A DNA stretch of 64,000 nucleotides from Marsupella aquatica (taxonomy: Eukaryota; Plantae; Marchantiophyta). Positions 12,710 to 23,718 of this stretch are shown in pieces (position 1 is the first letter of the stretch; each line of letters starts with the position of its first letter). The stretch is from assembly GCA_973895155.1 (NCBI GenBank), contig OZ316894.1, positions 17,452,563 through 17,516,562 of the forward strand, given 5' to 3'. The notes beneath the pieces were generated by a model. The model was not told the origin of the DNA. It searched no databases and worked only from the letters and a program-made list of their open reading frames with translations. The position numbers and the translations under genes are program-made.

Positions 12710-13066
12710 CTAGCCCCCACTACCTGTTCTTTGAACGTAATAGCAGAGAGTACAATAAAAAATTATCAAAATATATTTTCTATCCATATTCTTTGAAGGT
12801 TAATGAAATGATAAAAAAAATTCATCATTTTAATAGTCATATATAATATACCCTTCTCCTTTATGTGCACATGAGTATTTTTTAATGCACATATATTGTG
12901 GTGGGGCCATAGTGCATATAAAAATTATCAAGGAAAACTGGTATGTACATACATCATGTCATGAGTTTCTCCCATGCACATGATGGCCATAGAGTTAGGG
13001 TCTAGAGGCTTCACTCTAGACCTAGGCTCTTAAAAGTAGACTTGAGTTGGCCCTTTAATAGTAAGA
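12710..13066 (-). mobile_element. Non-autonomous Helitron (~357 bp), young copy
   Basis: On the minus strand the element reads A|TCTTACTATTAAAGGGCC...GGTAGTGGGGGCTAG|T. It has a 5' TC, a 3' CTAG, an AT target and no TSD. It is nearly identical to 39945-40302. Confidence 0.8.
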
Positions 13067-14886
13067 TGACTTGTCCCATCAAGCGCAGTGGTGGCAGTAT
13101 TCATTGTGGAAAGTGAGGTTTTGAGTGCAGAATTCATAAGTAGACCCCTTTTGAACAAACAAAGGACTTAACACTTAGAAAGATGTTACAACCCCTTGGG
13201 TGGCACTCTTAGATGTTGCCCGCATGCCTGTTTCCATTTAGGTGAGAAGCCAGTGACCTCCAATTTGAGTTTTCCAACAACCTTTGATCTGAATGGGTAG
13301 TGGGCGTTATATGTTAAATGCTCTGGCTTGGTGAATGCTTGGCAAAAACCCTTCAGTTGGCCCATTGTTGCATTCTTCTGGTAATTCAATTCATCCTATG
13401 TGTATATGAGGTCTTCTAAACATATGGCCTGTGGTTAAACATTGAATCATGGCTCATTCAAGTGGAACGTACATGCAAGGTCTTTGGTATTTTAGGATAT
13501 GATGCTCTTGTGGGCTGCCTTAATATGTGCATCCATCATCTCTGTAATGTGGACAGTGAGTTTCTGATGCAAAATATCAAGTTAACAGTGAACTCAGGCA
13601 ACAGTCCACCAGACAACAATGGTTAGAAACGTTTTTTCTTGGTTTAATGCACTTGGCACTCAGCCCCCTCCCCGCCCCTAAAAAAACGAAGGTGAAAAGG
13701 AATAAAAACAATGATTAACAAGGAGTGGTAAAGCAATACAATCTTAAACAATTTGACCAAAAAATTAACTTCAATGGTAGGAAGGTGAAGCAGCTCTTCC
13801 ATGTTTCACAAAAGGACAAAGTACAGATGTACTTATTCCATTTACTTTTAAAGGACAAAGTAACCTTCTGAACCGTCAGTGACTAAAGTTGCATGAAAAA
13901 TTTGAGGGCACAAAGTTTGGTGGCAAAACATTCGATCACTCTTTAACATGTGATAGTAGGACAACCTGATAGTATGAAAGTCCAGCTTTTAGTCCATTTG
14001 ATCTCTCTTTAGCATCATACTTGGACAACTGAAAGATTTATGAAAGTCTCCTTTAGGCCATAGTTACCCTCCTACCTTTAGTGTTGCACCAATTTTAGAA
14101 ATCAAGTGCTTTCCTGCGCCTCAAAAGTTGAGATATTTACTTGATGGACCCCTAGGTGTAAATTTTGCGATAAAAGTTGAAGTATATGATTGATGGACCC
14201 CCTGAATGTAAACTCTGCCGTGATCCTCGCAGCATTCATGTGCTATAGGTTGGAGCCACATTTTTGTGCTGGGTATTCTTGTAAAGGGTCAGTGCCTTGC
14301 TGTAAGGAATGGTTTCGTCCTTATTTCAAGAAAAGAAGTTGCACCAATTGGTGCCTGGTGCCCTATAATTGAAAAAGAGAGAAAAATAGAGGGGGGCACT
14401 CGCTGACTTTCAGGTGAGGGAAACCAGGAGGTACGCCAACCAAAAAAGATACCAACGCACATTTCACTTTAGTAAAGGCTCAAAGCTGTAAAGCTTGTTT
14501 TTTCATACAATTGTGCCTTTCTTCTAAAAGAAAACTACAGTAGCAAGCTAGGGAGTATGAGGATTGACATATATTTTTACACACAGGAAACATGTATTTT
14601 AAGCTAATTGGTGACCGGGTTGGTGGAAGTCAAATCCTATGATAGATTTGCAGCACCAAATCCCATATGAGGGTTTTGTAATGTAAAGTCCTCCTATCAG
14701 AGTGGGATTTCCAATATGGGAGTGCTCTGGACAAAGAGCTTGAATTAACTTTTAAGTAATCTTGTGTAGATTTTGTTTCCTTTTGTACAAGCATTCAACA
14801 TTTGAAGGATTAGGTTTGTGCTTGCAAGTCATCCATGATTGGGGGTTTGTCATGTGCGGTTCCAACCTCTTGTACACTCTAATCAA

Positions 14887-15040
14887 TCTTATTACTAATT
14901 TGTGAACAGAAGCTACAATTGGGGTCTAGGTTTCTCGAGTGAAGCCTCTAGACTGTAACTCTAGGGCCCCACCAAATGTATGTGGATGGAGAGGATGGCA
15001 TGTATTTGTATGTCAACATGACTATGCATGCTCATTTTTG
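14887..15040 (+). mobile_element. Degenerate 5' fragment of the same Helitron family
   Basis: An A|TCTTATTAC start is followed by the family motif TCTCGAGTGAAGCCTCTAGAC.GTAACTCTA. The 3' boundary is unclear. Confidence 0.5.
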
Positions 15041-15876
15041 TCATCATCTTCATTGTCAATTAAAGAATGGGCATTCAGGCTCTTGTAATCTGATCATCAA
15101 GCATTACAACTTTCTTTAGTCTGCCGTGACTGTATTCTGCCAATCATGTGATTCCATTGTCATAGATGTTAGATTTGAAGTGAAAGCCCAATAGGGTTTA
15201 ACAATAGAAAATCATTCTGTTGACTGCTGTGTTGACTGCAATTTGCATCCCTTGTGATCTAAGGTTCTTGAAGGTTATGACATTAAAGAACTAGGAAAGT
15301 GTCTAAACATTGGGCTTGCAACATGAGGCATTTGCTCTGCAATAAAAAATGGCAATAATTTTCTTCCCTGCTCAATGTCGTCCTTGAGTGGATTTTTTAT
15401 TAAATAAGGGCCATCATGAGGGCATCTAAAACCTCTTGGTCTTGGCTCCGGTCACTGTCACATATGTTTTCCCTGAAAGTAAACTTGCAGACTCGCTAAA
15501 GCTTCTCCTACCACTTGTGACCAAAGTCCGTAACTCATACCCTTGGCCTGGGAATCTTAATTTTTTTGTGGCCTATCAGGTTTGAGACTCCCTATTGGGA
15601 AGATTCTGGGCAATAGGGTATGTCAAAGTTTGGGCAGTAGGGCATGTCAAAGTTCTCCTGTAACCAAAGTGTTTCGCTATATTTTTGGACTTATCATTGT
15701 TATGGGGTACATATTTTGGTAGTTCATATTGATTTTGTCCTGGTTATAAGAACGTTTTATGTCTTGAGTCGTAACTGAGTTCCAGTTGTGCTTTGACACA
15801 CCCTAATGGATCCCTGGAATGTCATTTATGACCCTGCCAGGACGCACCTGGCGGCTGCCTGAGTTGTCAGCACATG

Positions 15877-15998
15877 GTACACAGGTAAATACCACGAGTG
15901 AGAGTTTAATTGCCATTCAGCAGACTATGGGCTTCATGGTATAGAGGTAAATACCAAGAGTGAGAGTTTTAATTGCCATTCAGCAGACTATGGGCTTG
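15877..15998 (+). repeat. ~60-bp tandem duplication
   Basis: GGTA.A.AGGTAAATACCA.GAGTGAGAGTTT(T)AATTGCCATTCAGCAGACTATGGGCTT occurs twice. Confidence 0.85.
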
Positions 15999-17122
15999 CC
16001 CTAGAGGGACTGCTTGGGCAGGAGGAGGTGCAGGGGTTGGAAACCCCCTGCCACACATAATACTTCTCTCTGGGCGATTTGGTGCGCTTCCCCGAGTGGT
16101 TCGAGGCCTCCTTGACGAAGATTACGAGCAGTACCACAAATTCTTCGCTTATGGTGATTGATTGGTTGATTGCCGACGTCCATCAGGCTATAGTAGATAC
16201 AGACATCCGGGACAAGACCTTCATCATTAGGATGGATCCAAATTGTCCGTTTTTATGGATTTCATTAGAAGTAGAGATAGGGTTTTAGTGGGGTTTAAGA
16301 TTCACGTGGGTTTCAAACCATTTCCTGCACGCGCACTGGGCAAATCTCATGAGAGAGTACTGTCATCCAATGCTCCATGATCTTTCGTGACCAAGCTCGC
16401 AGGATACACATAGGAGCGGAACGGTTTATTGGTCTCGGAGCAATGGACTAAGCCAAGATTTTGTGTAGGTCGTGCCTGTAGATAGATCCACGGAGGTGAG
16501 TCTTATAGATTTCAAGACCGAACTGCTTAGCGTGCCCAGTCAGGGTAGATTTCAGACCATTACAGTACGCAACACAACCCATTGTCAGTAATCTCGTCTT
16601 GCCTCTGGTCAATTTTAGCTCATTCGATTTCGATTCGTTTCATTTGATATCGTCGGTTTGATGTTCACTAAAACAGGGCAAATGGAAGAGCACACCTGAA
16701 AAGAGCATTTAAATTCTCCACTAGAAGTCAGGATGCGACTAACTAAACTAGATTGTTATTGCATCAGTCTTACATGTAGTCGTAACACTCAAATTGCCGA
16801 GGTTGAAGAATCCATGGGCCTCAGTACCACCATAGTAGATGGATCAGTTCCATGCAACAACGTTTTGTGGGAGACCAATGCGCAGGTTTGTTTGTAAATT
16901 TAACATCAAAAGCTTGGGGCCGAAGAACATCACTAAAATTTGAAATCCGGCTGGAGTCCTGGTACACATGATATGATTCTTCAAATTTGTCCTCGATGCA
17001 GGCAGCTATCGTAGATGGCTATTTTCTATCCTTGCTGAAGTGACTTACTACTCAGCTTGCTACTCATGCAATACTCCAAAGTTCGAGGGGTCCTTGTGTC
17101 GATGATTCTTTCGTATCGATTG

Positions 17123-19414
17123 CTATGGGATGTTTGCTTCTTCCACTCCGTAAATTGACAAATTTCCATCGGTACGATGATTGTTTCCGGCTGCCAGATC
17201 GGTTGATGGCGAAAAATTGGATGCGTGTACTTGAACCCTTCTATCCCTGCCCATCAACCAATGAATTGTCTTCCTCGCCAAGGAAGAAGCCTGCTGGTTA
17301 TTCTCGTTGTGATTGATACTATTGTCCTGAACAGTTGGGGCTTGGGCTTGGGCTTGAGCTTGGGCTGGTGCAACCATCCATGAACTATCGAAGCTGCCTA
17401 TCGACGACGAGTCCAGCCCTCCAAGGCTCTCCTTGGAAGCAGTCTCGAAGCCCCCGTCCTTAGAACCGGTGTCATTTCCTGCGCTGTTTCTTGACACACT
17501 TTCGAAGGCCGTCCTCATGGACAATTCCTTGCTGTCTATGGCGGCCGCGTCCGAGAAACTGCGTCGGCTCCGACCAAGTTTCGAGATACCCTCCGGAACA
17601 GGAAATCTGAAAGAAAACGCCCGGCTTGACACATTGGACTTCAAAGACCCGCCTCCTTGGTCCGAAGCGGCCCTACTTCTGTTCGAGCTAGTATCTGGCG
17701 GAGCTTTGTCCCGCTTCGCCATGCTCTCGGCAAGCTTTTCTAGCCCAACATTGCTCCGCCACCCTGTCCCGAAAAACCTCTCCAACCCAGCCATAACTCT
17801 GGACTCCTCGCTCTCCTGCGCCTTCTCCTGGACAACGTCTTGCAATGGCGACGTTGCCCTTAGCTCGAACGAGCTCGACCTGACGATCTGATCTTCGTCC
17901 TTGAGTTCGTCCAAATCAACTGTGACGAAGTCATCATTCCCATCCCCTTCAACGTTAACTTCCTTCTCTTTACCCTTACTCTCTACTGCAATCGACGCCG
18001 GCTCAACTAATGCGCGTCCCATTGTTGACATTTCCTGTTCATCATCATCCTGCTGTTGTTGCTTGTTTCTCGGTACAAGGGATGCCTCCGACGCGAGATG
18101 CCCGAGATTCAGCCTGTATGTCCTATTTTCTTCCCTGCCTTCTTCTCTCGAGGTGATGAAATCAGGAGTCCTGGAGGAGAGGAAATCAGGAGTACTGGCA
18201 TTGAAAAAATCCGGAGTCATTCCTCCCCTGAGGGCCCGGTAATCAGGGGTAGCCATTCCTCGAGTGGCCCAAAATAATTCATCTGCAGGAGTGCCTGGTA
18301 TTGATCCCAGCTCGGGAATACCATCAGAAAGCACAGTTCGGTGCCGTGGCCGGGCACCATTAGCAAACTCCCTACTGTTTCCTCGTCCAGGGTAAGGAGT
18401 GGGGGCAATGACGACCTGCAAGTTGGCCGGGTCAACAACATACTCATAGGACCCCATGGAGTACGACCTACCTCTCAGGATAGACGACGCACTGAGACCA
18501 CGATTTGTTCTTCTTTCAACCCTGCCCAGCTTGACAGACAGAACCGATCCAGAAGCCTCGCTTTCACTGCGATCCAACACGGGTTGGATTTCTGGACTGT
18601 CTAGTCCCATGGAAGTATCCTCGTCCTTCCCGAGATCACTGCCGGAGCCCCCATCGTGCTCAGCCAGCATTGACGAAGATGCAATCATCCTCCTGCTCAT
18701 ATTACTAGTCCTCCGACTGTCTCCCACATAGCCATCACTCCGCATACTGCGATTGCTACCCAAATGACCCGAATCGGAGAACGCTCCGTTCCCAGAAGGT
18801 GCATCGTCGTTGAGCAAACCGCACCTGCAGAGAGGGCAGGTAGAATGGGACAGAAGCCAAATGTCGATACAATCAATGTGGAAAGCGTGCTTACACTTCG
18901 GGAGAAGTCTAAGGCGATCCTCACCCTCGAACTCGCTAAGGCACACAGCACAATCAGTGCCCTCTTTCAGCCCGCAAATTGCCTTGTAGGGAAACACCGG
19001 GAGAGTGTCAATAAATGCTTGGTCTACTCCGGAGTCATGAAGGTGAAACAAATGCTGCAGCTGACCGTGAAGAGCACTCATGGCGCTTTCGGTAGGCTCT
19101 CGCCGAGCTGCCACTCTCCCACAGCACCTCGCAAGGAGATGCAGGAAACCAGACAGTAGGAAAACCACCGTGAGGATGACCACGATAATCACCACACTCG
19201 GGTTTAGGCCGCGTCCTCCCCCACCATCTTGCTTCTGCCCAGTTTGATTTGAGGGAGCCGCACCAGTGTCCGCCAACAAGGAGCGGTGGTGGTGGACAGA
19301 ATCCAAGTGTGCAGCTCCGGCTACATGAAACGATCCCTCATGAATAGCTGACGATGCACACACGCAACAAAGCACGAGTAACACGACCACCGCCCTCACT
19401 TTCTCGGACATCAT
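17123..19414 (-). CDS. ATL: RING-H2 E3 ubiquitin ligase, ATL family (ATL13/ATL46-like), ~763 aa, single coding exon from ATG 19414
   Basis: The ORF has an N-terminal hydrophobic stretch, a TM helix (PSVVIIVVILTVVFLLSGFLHLL) and a GLD-like motif (LHDSGVDQAFIDTLPVF). The RING-H2 is CAVCLSEF..RLLPKCKHAFHIDCIDIWLLSHSTCPLCR. The C-terminal motifs RSYSMGSYEYVV, SRAFSFR and SLARKTIHWLMGR are typical of ATL13/46-group proteins. The track start at 19423 is a TTG. Confidence 0.93.
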   Translation of the reverse strand: MMSEKVRAVVVLLVLCCVCASSAIHEGSFHVAGAAHLDSVHHHRSLLADTGAAPSNQTGQKQDGGGGRGLNPSVVIIVVILTVVFLLSGFLHLLARCCGRVAARREPTESAMSALHGQLQHLFHLHDSGVDQAFIDTLPVFPYKAICGLKEGTDCAVCLSEFEGEDRLRLLPKCKHAFHIDCIDIWLLSHSTCPLCRCGLLNDDAPSGNGAFSDSGHLGSNRSMRSDGYVGDSRRTSNMSRRMIASSSMLAEHDGGSGSDLGKDEDTSMGLDSPEIQPVLDRSESEASGSVLSVKLGRVERRTNRGLSASSILRGRSYSMGSYEYVVDPANLQVVIAPTPYPGRGNSREFANGARPRHRTVLSDGIPELGSIPGTPADELFWATRGMATPDYRALRGGMTPDFFNASTPDFLSSRTPDFITSREEGREENRTYRLNLGHLASEASLVPRNKQQQQDDDEQEMSTMGRALVEPASIAVESKGKEKEVNVEGDGNDDFVTVDLDELKDEDQIVRSSSFELRATSPLQDVVQEKAQESEESRVMAGLERFFGTGWRSNVGLEKLAESMAKRDKAPPDTSSNRSRAASDQGGGSLKSNVSSRAFSFRFPVPEGISKLGRSRRSFSDAAAIDSKELSMRTAFESVSRNSAGNDTGSKDGGFETASKESLGGLDSSSIGSFDSSWMVAPAQAQAQAQAPTVQDNSINHNENNQQASSLARKTIHWLMGRDRRVQVHASNFSPSTDLAAGNNHRTDGNLSIYGVEEANIP

Positions 19415-19430
19415 GTTCGGCAATTCGGTC

Positions 19431-20149
19431 CTTGGTCACGCAGAAGATACAATGCAACCACAATCATGTATCGACGAACCCCCGCTAAACTAGCATGGTC
19501 CTCATTTCCACTGTGACAAGACAAGCTCATGACCGGGAGCACGATTCAGTGACACCATTGCTAGTCCAACCCCCAGTCACCAATTATTTCAGCACACCGA
19601 ATGAGGCACTTCTTTCAACACCGTCAATACCAAGGAAATCTCCATCCTGCTCAGAATCCAGTATACCCCGGTTTCAATTCTTCCAGCTCCAGCTCCGCAA
19701 ATGTGCTCGATGCCCTTCATGCGAGTGAATGTCAAAAGTAGAGCTACTCACCAACGTGCCCGTGCACGCTGGATAAAGGAAGTTTTCACCTCCTTGACTG
19801 TCATTGATTATTCTCGTGCCGTATACTACCTTCTAATTCGATGGAGTCAAGAAACTATAGCTCTAACTCTCGCGCATTCGCTCGCTAAAGCCAACCTATG
19901 TATCTCTCAGTGTCTGTCAAGGCTCTGTGCATTTCGCCTCCCTTCTCGCTGAAATGTCGATTTGAGTACATGCTCGCTGAAGGCCGCAGAGCCTATCCTG
20001 GTTTGATTCGCAGAGCTCTGACGTGAGCTAAATTTGATCACTTCCCATTGCGACATCTGTCTGCACATTGATCAGGTAGCTCCACAACCACTGCATACCT
20101 TGCTCGTTACCGTTTCAAGAGAGCTGACTCTACTACTACTAAGACTCAC
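19431..20149 (-). other. Two probable 5' leader introns of the ATL gene (19431-19751 and ~19949-20149)
   Basis: Minus-strand donors are G|GTGAGT at 19751 and ~20149. Acceptors are CCAAG| at 19431 and TTTCAG| at ~19949. Confidence 0.55.
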
Positions 20150-20691
20150 CACCGGCCTCGTCATGTCCCACACAATGATGCGAAGAGACGACACGGGCCA
20201 AACACCACTGCAACACGCTTTCCTTCTTCAGAGGACGGTCCTCGTGCGCGTGCTCCCTACCTTTTCCAATCCGAGGAAAAACCGCAAAGCTTACGATCAG
20301 TCCACCGCCGTTTCCTCGCAACTTTCTTCACTTCGGTACCAATTCGCTACTTCTCAGCACAGCTTTCGGTTCGCCAACTGACAGCAACCATCAGACACAG
20401 GGTACAGCATATTATCACGGCACAAAGATGACCCCTCTACTGTCAAAAGCGAAGTACACTCCTCGTGTACTCGGCTATGCTCCGATGATCCCCGCCTCGG
20501 TCGATGCACCATTGCACCTATAGTTCACGGTCTTCCAGGAGGATAGTAGCGAGCTCAGTACCAGATTGCTACTCTATGTTGGTCCCAGAGTCGTCTCCTC
20601 GAAACAACTTCCTACCGTACTAGCTACGAGATGACGCGCGGCCTGGAGGGCTGGCTGCTAGCTAGGGCTGGCTGTCAAGCTTGGATTTGTT

Positions 20692-21315
20692 GCCTACCTG
20701 ATCGACGTAAGGCCTACAGTCCTAGTAATCTACAGACCTTGCCAAGATTTGGCTTCGACCTATCCAAGCCTACCTGATCGACCTAAGGCCTATAGTCGTA
20801 GTAATCTGTCAACCTTGCCAAGATTTTCCTTCGACCTGTCTGCGGATCAAGCATCGTTTCTGCGTTTCTAGCATAGCAGCTTTGACTGCTCTCTGTCTAC
20901 GTTTCTACTATCATTCGGTGCGACAACTAGGGGAATAGATTGCACGCCTTACCTACCGTAGGTGGAAGCTAAGCATTGGAGATTCTTCCGCTCATTCATC
21001 CTTCAGAAAATTCCCGTTCTCATAAGCTCGGTCCAGTTCATACGAGGGACGAGGGATGGGCATGGCCACGGTACAGGTTTGTCTCTTTCTCAAATCTCGA
21101 TCTTTCTAGCATAGCAGCTTTGACGCTACGCCCACCTCTCTATTATCATTTGATGCGACTACTATGGAACGAGTTTGAGCTACTTCCGCTCGTTCATCCA
21201 TCTGTAACTCTGTAAGTTCCCGTTCTCATGAGCTCGGGTACAGTCCACACGAGGGAGGAGGTATCGGCATGACTACAGTCTACAGTCCATGACGGTGTCT
21301 TTTTCTCGAATCTCA
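20692..21315 (+). repeat. Two local tandem duplications upstream of ATL (~77 bp x2; ~220 bp x2)
   Basis: GCCTACCTGATCGAC.TAAGGCCTA.AGTC.TAGTAATCT...CCTTGCCAAGATTT..CTTCGACCT occurs twice (20692-20838). TTTCTAGCATAGCAGCTTTGAC...CTTCCGCTC.TTCATCC...TTCCCGTTCTCAT.AGCTCGG...AATCTC occurs twice (20864-21315). Confidence 0.8.
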
Positions 21316-23400
21316 CTCCTCATTCAGCTCCCCAGTCCCCACCACCAACACGCACAGTCGAATGATGGCATCCGAAGCAGTGAGCAGAGCTCTCAACTAA
21401 AAGAGGACACAAAAAGGAGGTGATCGATTCTGTCACAGACAGCAGCTGATAGGCGGGGATCCTCATCATAACTCGGCAATAAATGCTCTCAAGTGGAGCG
21501 GTGGGGCCCGATGGCTTTCATCGCCCACCAATCTGATTGACAACAAGCAATCTTAAATGCAGTATTCAATGTCCCATCTCGCATTCCCTCCCCGGAGTCC
21601 AGAGCCACTGAGTCAGAAACAGACACTCCAGGAGTCCAGAGGCAGAATGAATGATACAGTCCCAAATCCCAATAGCATCCAACTAACAACAGCCCAGGTC
21701 GCTGCACTGCTACTGCACTGTATTAGTTTGTCTGGCTGCTGCTCTGGTGCAGCATTACCGTAGGCCGTAGGGACAATCACGTTCCCTCAAAAATCCTAAA
21801 TAATTATTAAAATTTTAGGTGGTGTTTGTGAAAGTTGGGGAAACACTTATGATGCATGAACTTTAGTAAGATTCTACACTGGTTAACGTGGTACACATGT
21901 TATATTACCACGTTAGCTACAAAAGTATCAATTCTTAAAAATTTTTATGTAGTGTTGGTAGACGTTGAGAAAACTTTAACGTGCATATTTTAGGCATGCT
22001 GACCCAAATACTAGTAGCACAGGCTCAGAGTACCTACAATAGACTCTCTCTGCTACTCACAACCATAGCCTGTGCAAAAGTTTTAACAAGAAAGTCATAG
22101 CCTATGGGTGGCCATGAACTGTAGACTTGGCTAGCCAATTATTGCATAGATAGATAGATACTGTACATTCTAAGGATACCGATTCTGAGGTAAAAAAACA
22201 ATAGTCTAACAATGTATACATTGTTTATAGAGTGGAAAAATGAGATCTGAATATATTATTTATGACACTGCAATCTGACGGTCCCTAAGGTACTGTTGCT
22301 CTTCTGGCGACAGGACTGTCTTGGACAGGACTAACTTGTTAGGCTACGCTCCATTCCACTCCCTTTACTCGAGCCCCATCAAACTAAATAACTCAACCAT
22401 ATACTGTACCGGTATTTCTCCCCCCGCTGGAGTACTGTACTCTGACCACAGCCCCAGGACTACGGTAGATGCACGAAAAATAACCTGGTACTTAATATTA
22501 ATGAGATTTAAGTTACAGTTATGATGTCTTACAGCATTCCCGCCCGCGAAGCTCGGCCGTTGGATTGTCTTGTTCAGCCTCCTTATTGGTGCTGGGGTAT
22601 TAGATTTAATATTCTATTAATGTTGGGGCATGTAGGGTACGATGACGAATCTTTGCGGTCCTTTGGAGGAGCCAGCCCCATTACCCGTTCGTAAATAGAC
22701 GTGAAAACACAAAAACAAATTGAAATAAAATAATTCTATATTATTTTCCCTTCCTTTTTGTCTCGTCTTTGTTTTTTGTTCACCCTTGTTTTTGGTCCAT
22801 CCTTAGTTCATTTTTGTTTTTATTTAAAATCAAATGCACTTCTGTTTATCTTTACTCGGGCTCCATTTTTTGTCCACCCTCATTTTAATTATTTTCTTTA
22901 GCAACTATTGTAATTTTTATTTCTATTAAGAGTTATGGTCTAGAGGGTCTCCAGGCTTCACACTAGACCATAGGCCATGAAAATAGTTTCCCTTGGCGAC
23001 TTATTGATTGGATTGTAAGATTGCAAGACTGTAAGATTGGTGATTATTTTTTACCCAATCTTATAATCTTGATCCTAAGGTTTTTTTGTAGTTGCACTAT
23101 GATTATTAGATCTTGACCCATGAAACGGGGCTGTGAAGTTTTTTTGTCATTACTCTTGTTTGGAGTGAAAGTGTGAAACTGTTAAACCATGACTGGGCAT
23201 ATTCCAAGTTGGGGTGCAAGTGAAAAACCAATTGGATGGGGATGAATATATGAAAGTGGCACAATGCTCTTAAAAGTGTTGAATTCTATCTATGTTCAAA
23301 GACTCTACAGACAGGCTGGTCTACTATATTTTGCCATCCATATTTTCTTCTCATGAGTCCATAGAGTGAAACCATAAGTATAAGTTTTGCTGAGATAGGT

Positions 23401-23718
23401 AATCTCATCAGTTATCAATTATTTTTATCATTTTACCTGATATCAGCTGCCACCTCATCTCAAAGAGGCCGCCAAGTGGCAATGCAAGAAAAAAATGAAG
23501 AAAAAAATCTTGAATTTTTTTTATTTGAGGGAAAATTTAATTTTTTTCAAAATATTGTTTTTGACAAATTTTTGGTCAGCCAAGATTGAGTCAACCTCAG
23601 CTGTCCAGCTGAGATGAGCGAAGGTTCGAAGGTCTCATGATCTCAACTCTTCAACTAAGATTCTGAAATTTTTGAGATAATTGATATCAATTATCAGCCA
23701 CTGATAACTGATGGTATT
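23401..23718. mobile_element. Probable small MITE remnant
   Basis: Inverted ends are CATCAGTTATCA (~23406) and TGATAACTGATG (~23702). Internal CAGCTG/ATCTCA/GAGAT motifs are repeated. No TSD was identified. Confidence 0.35.
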
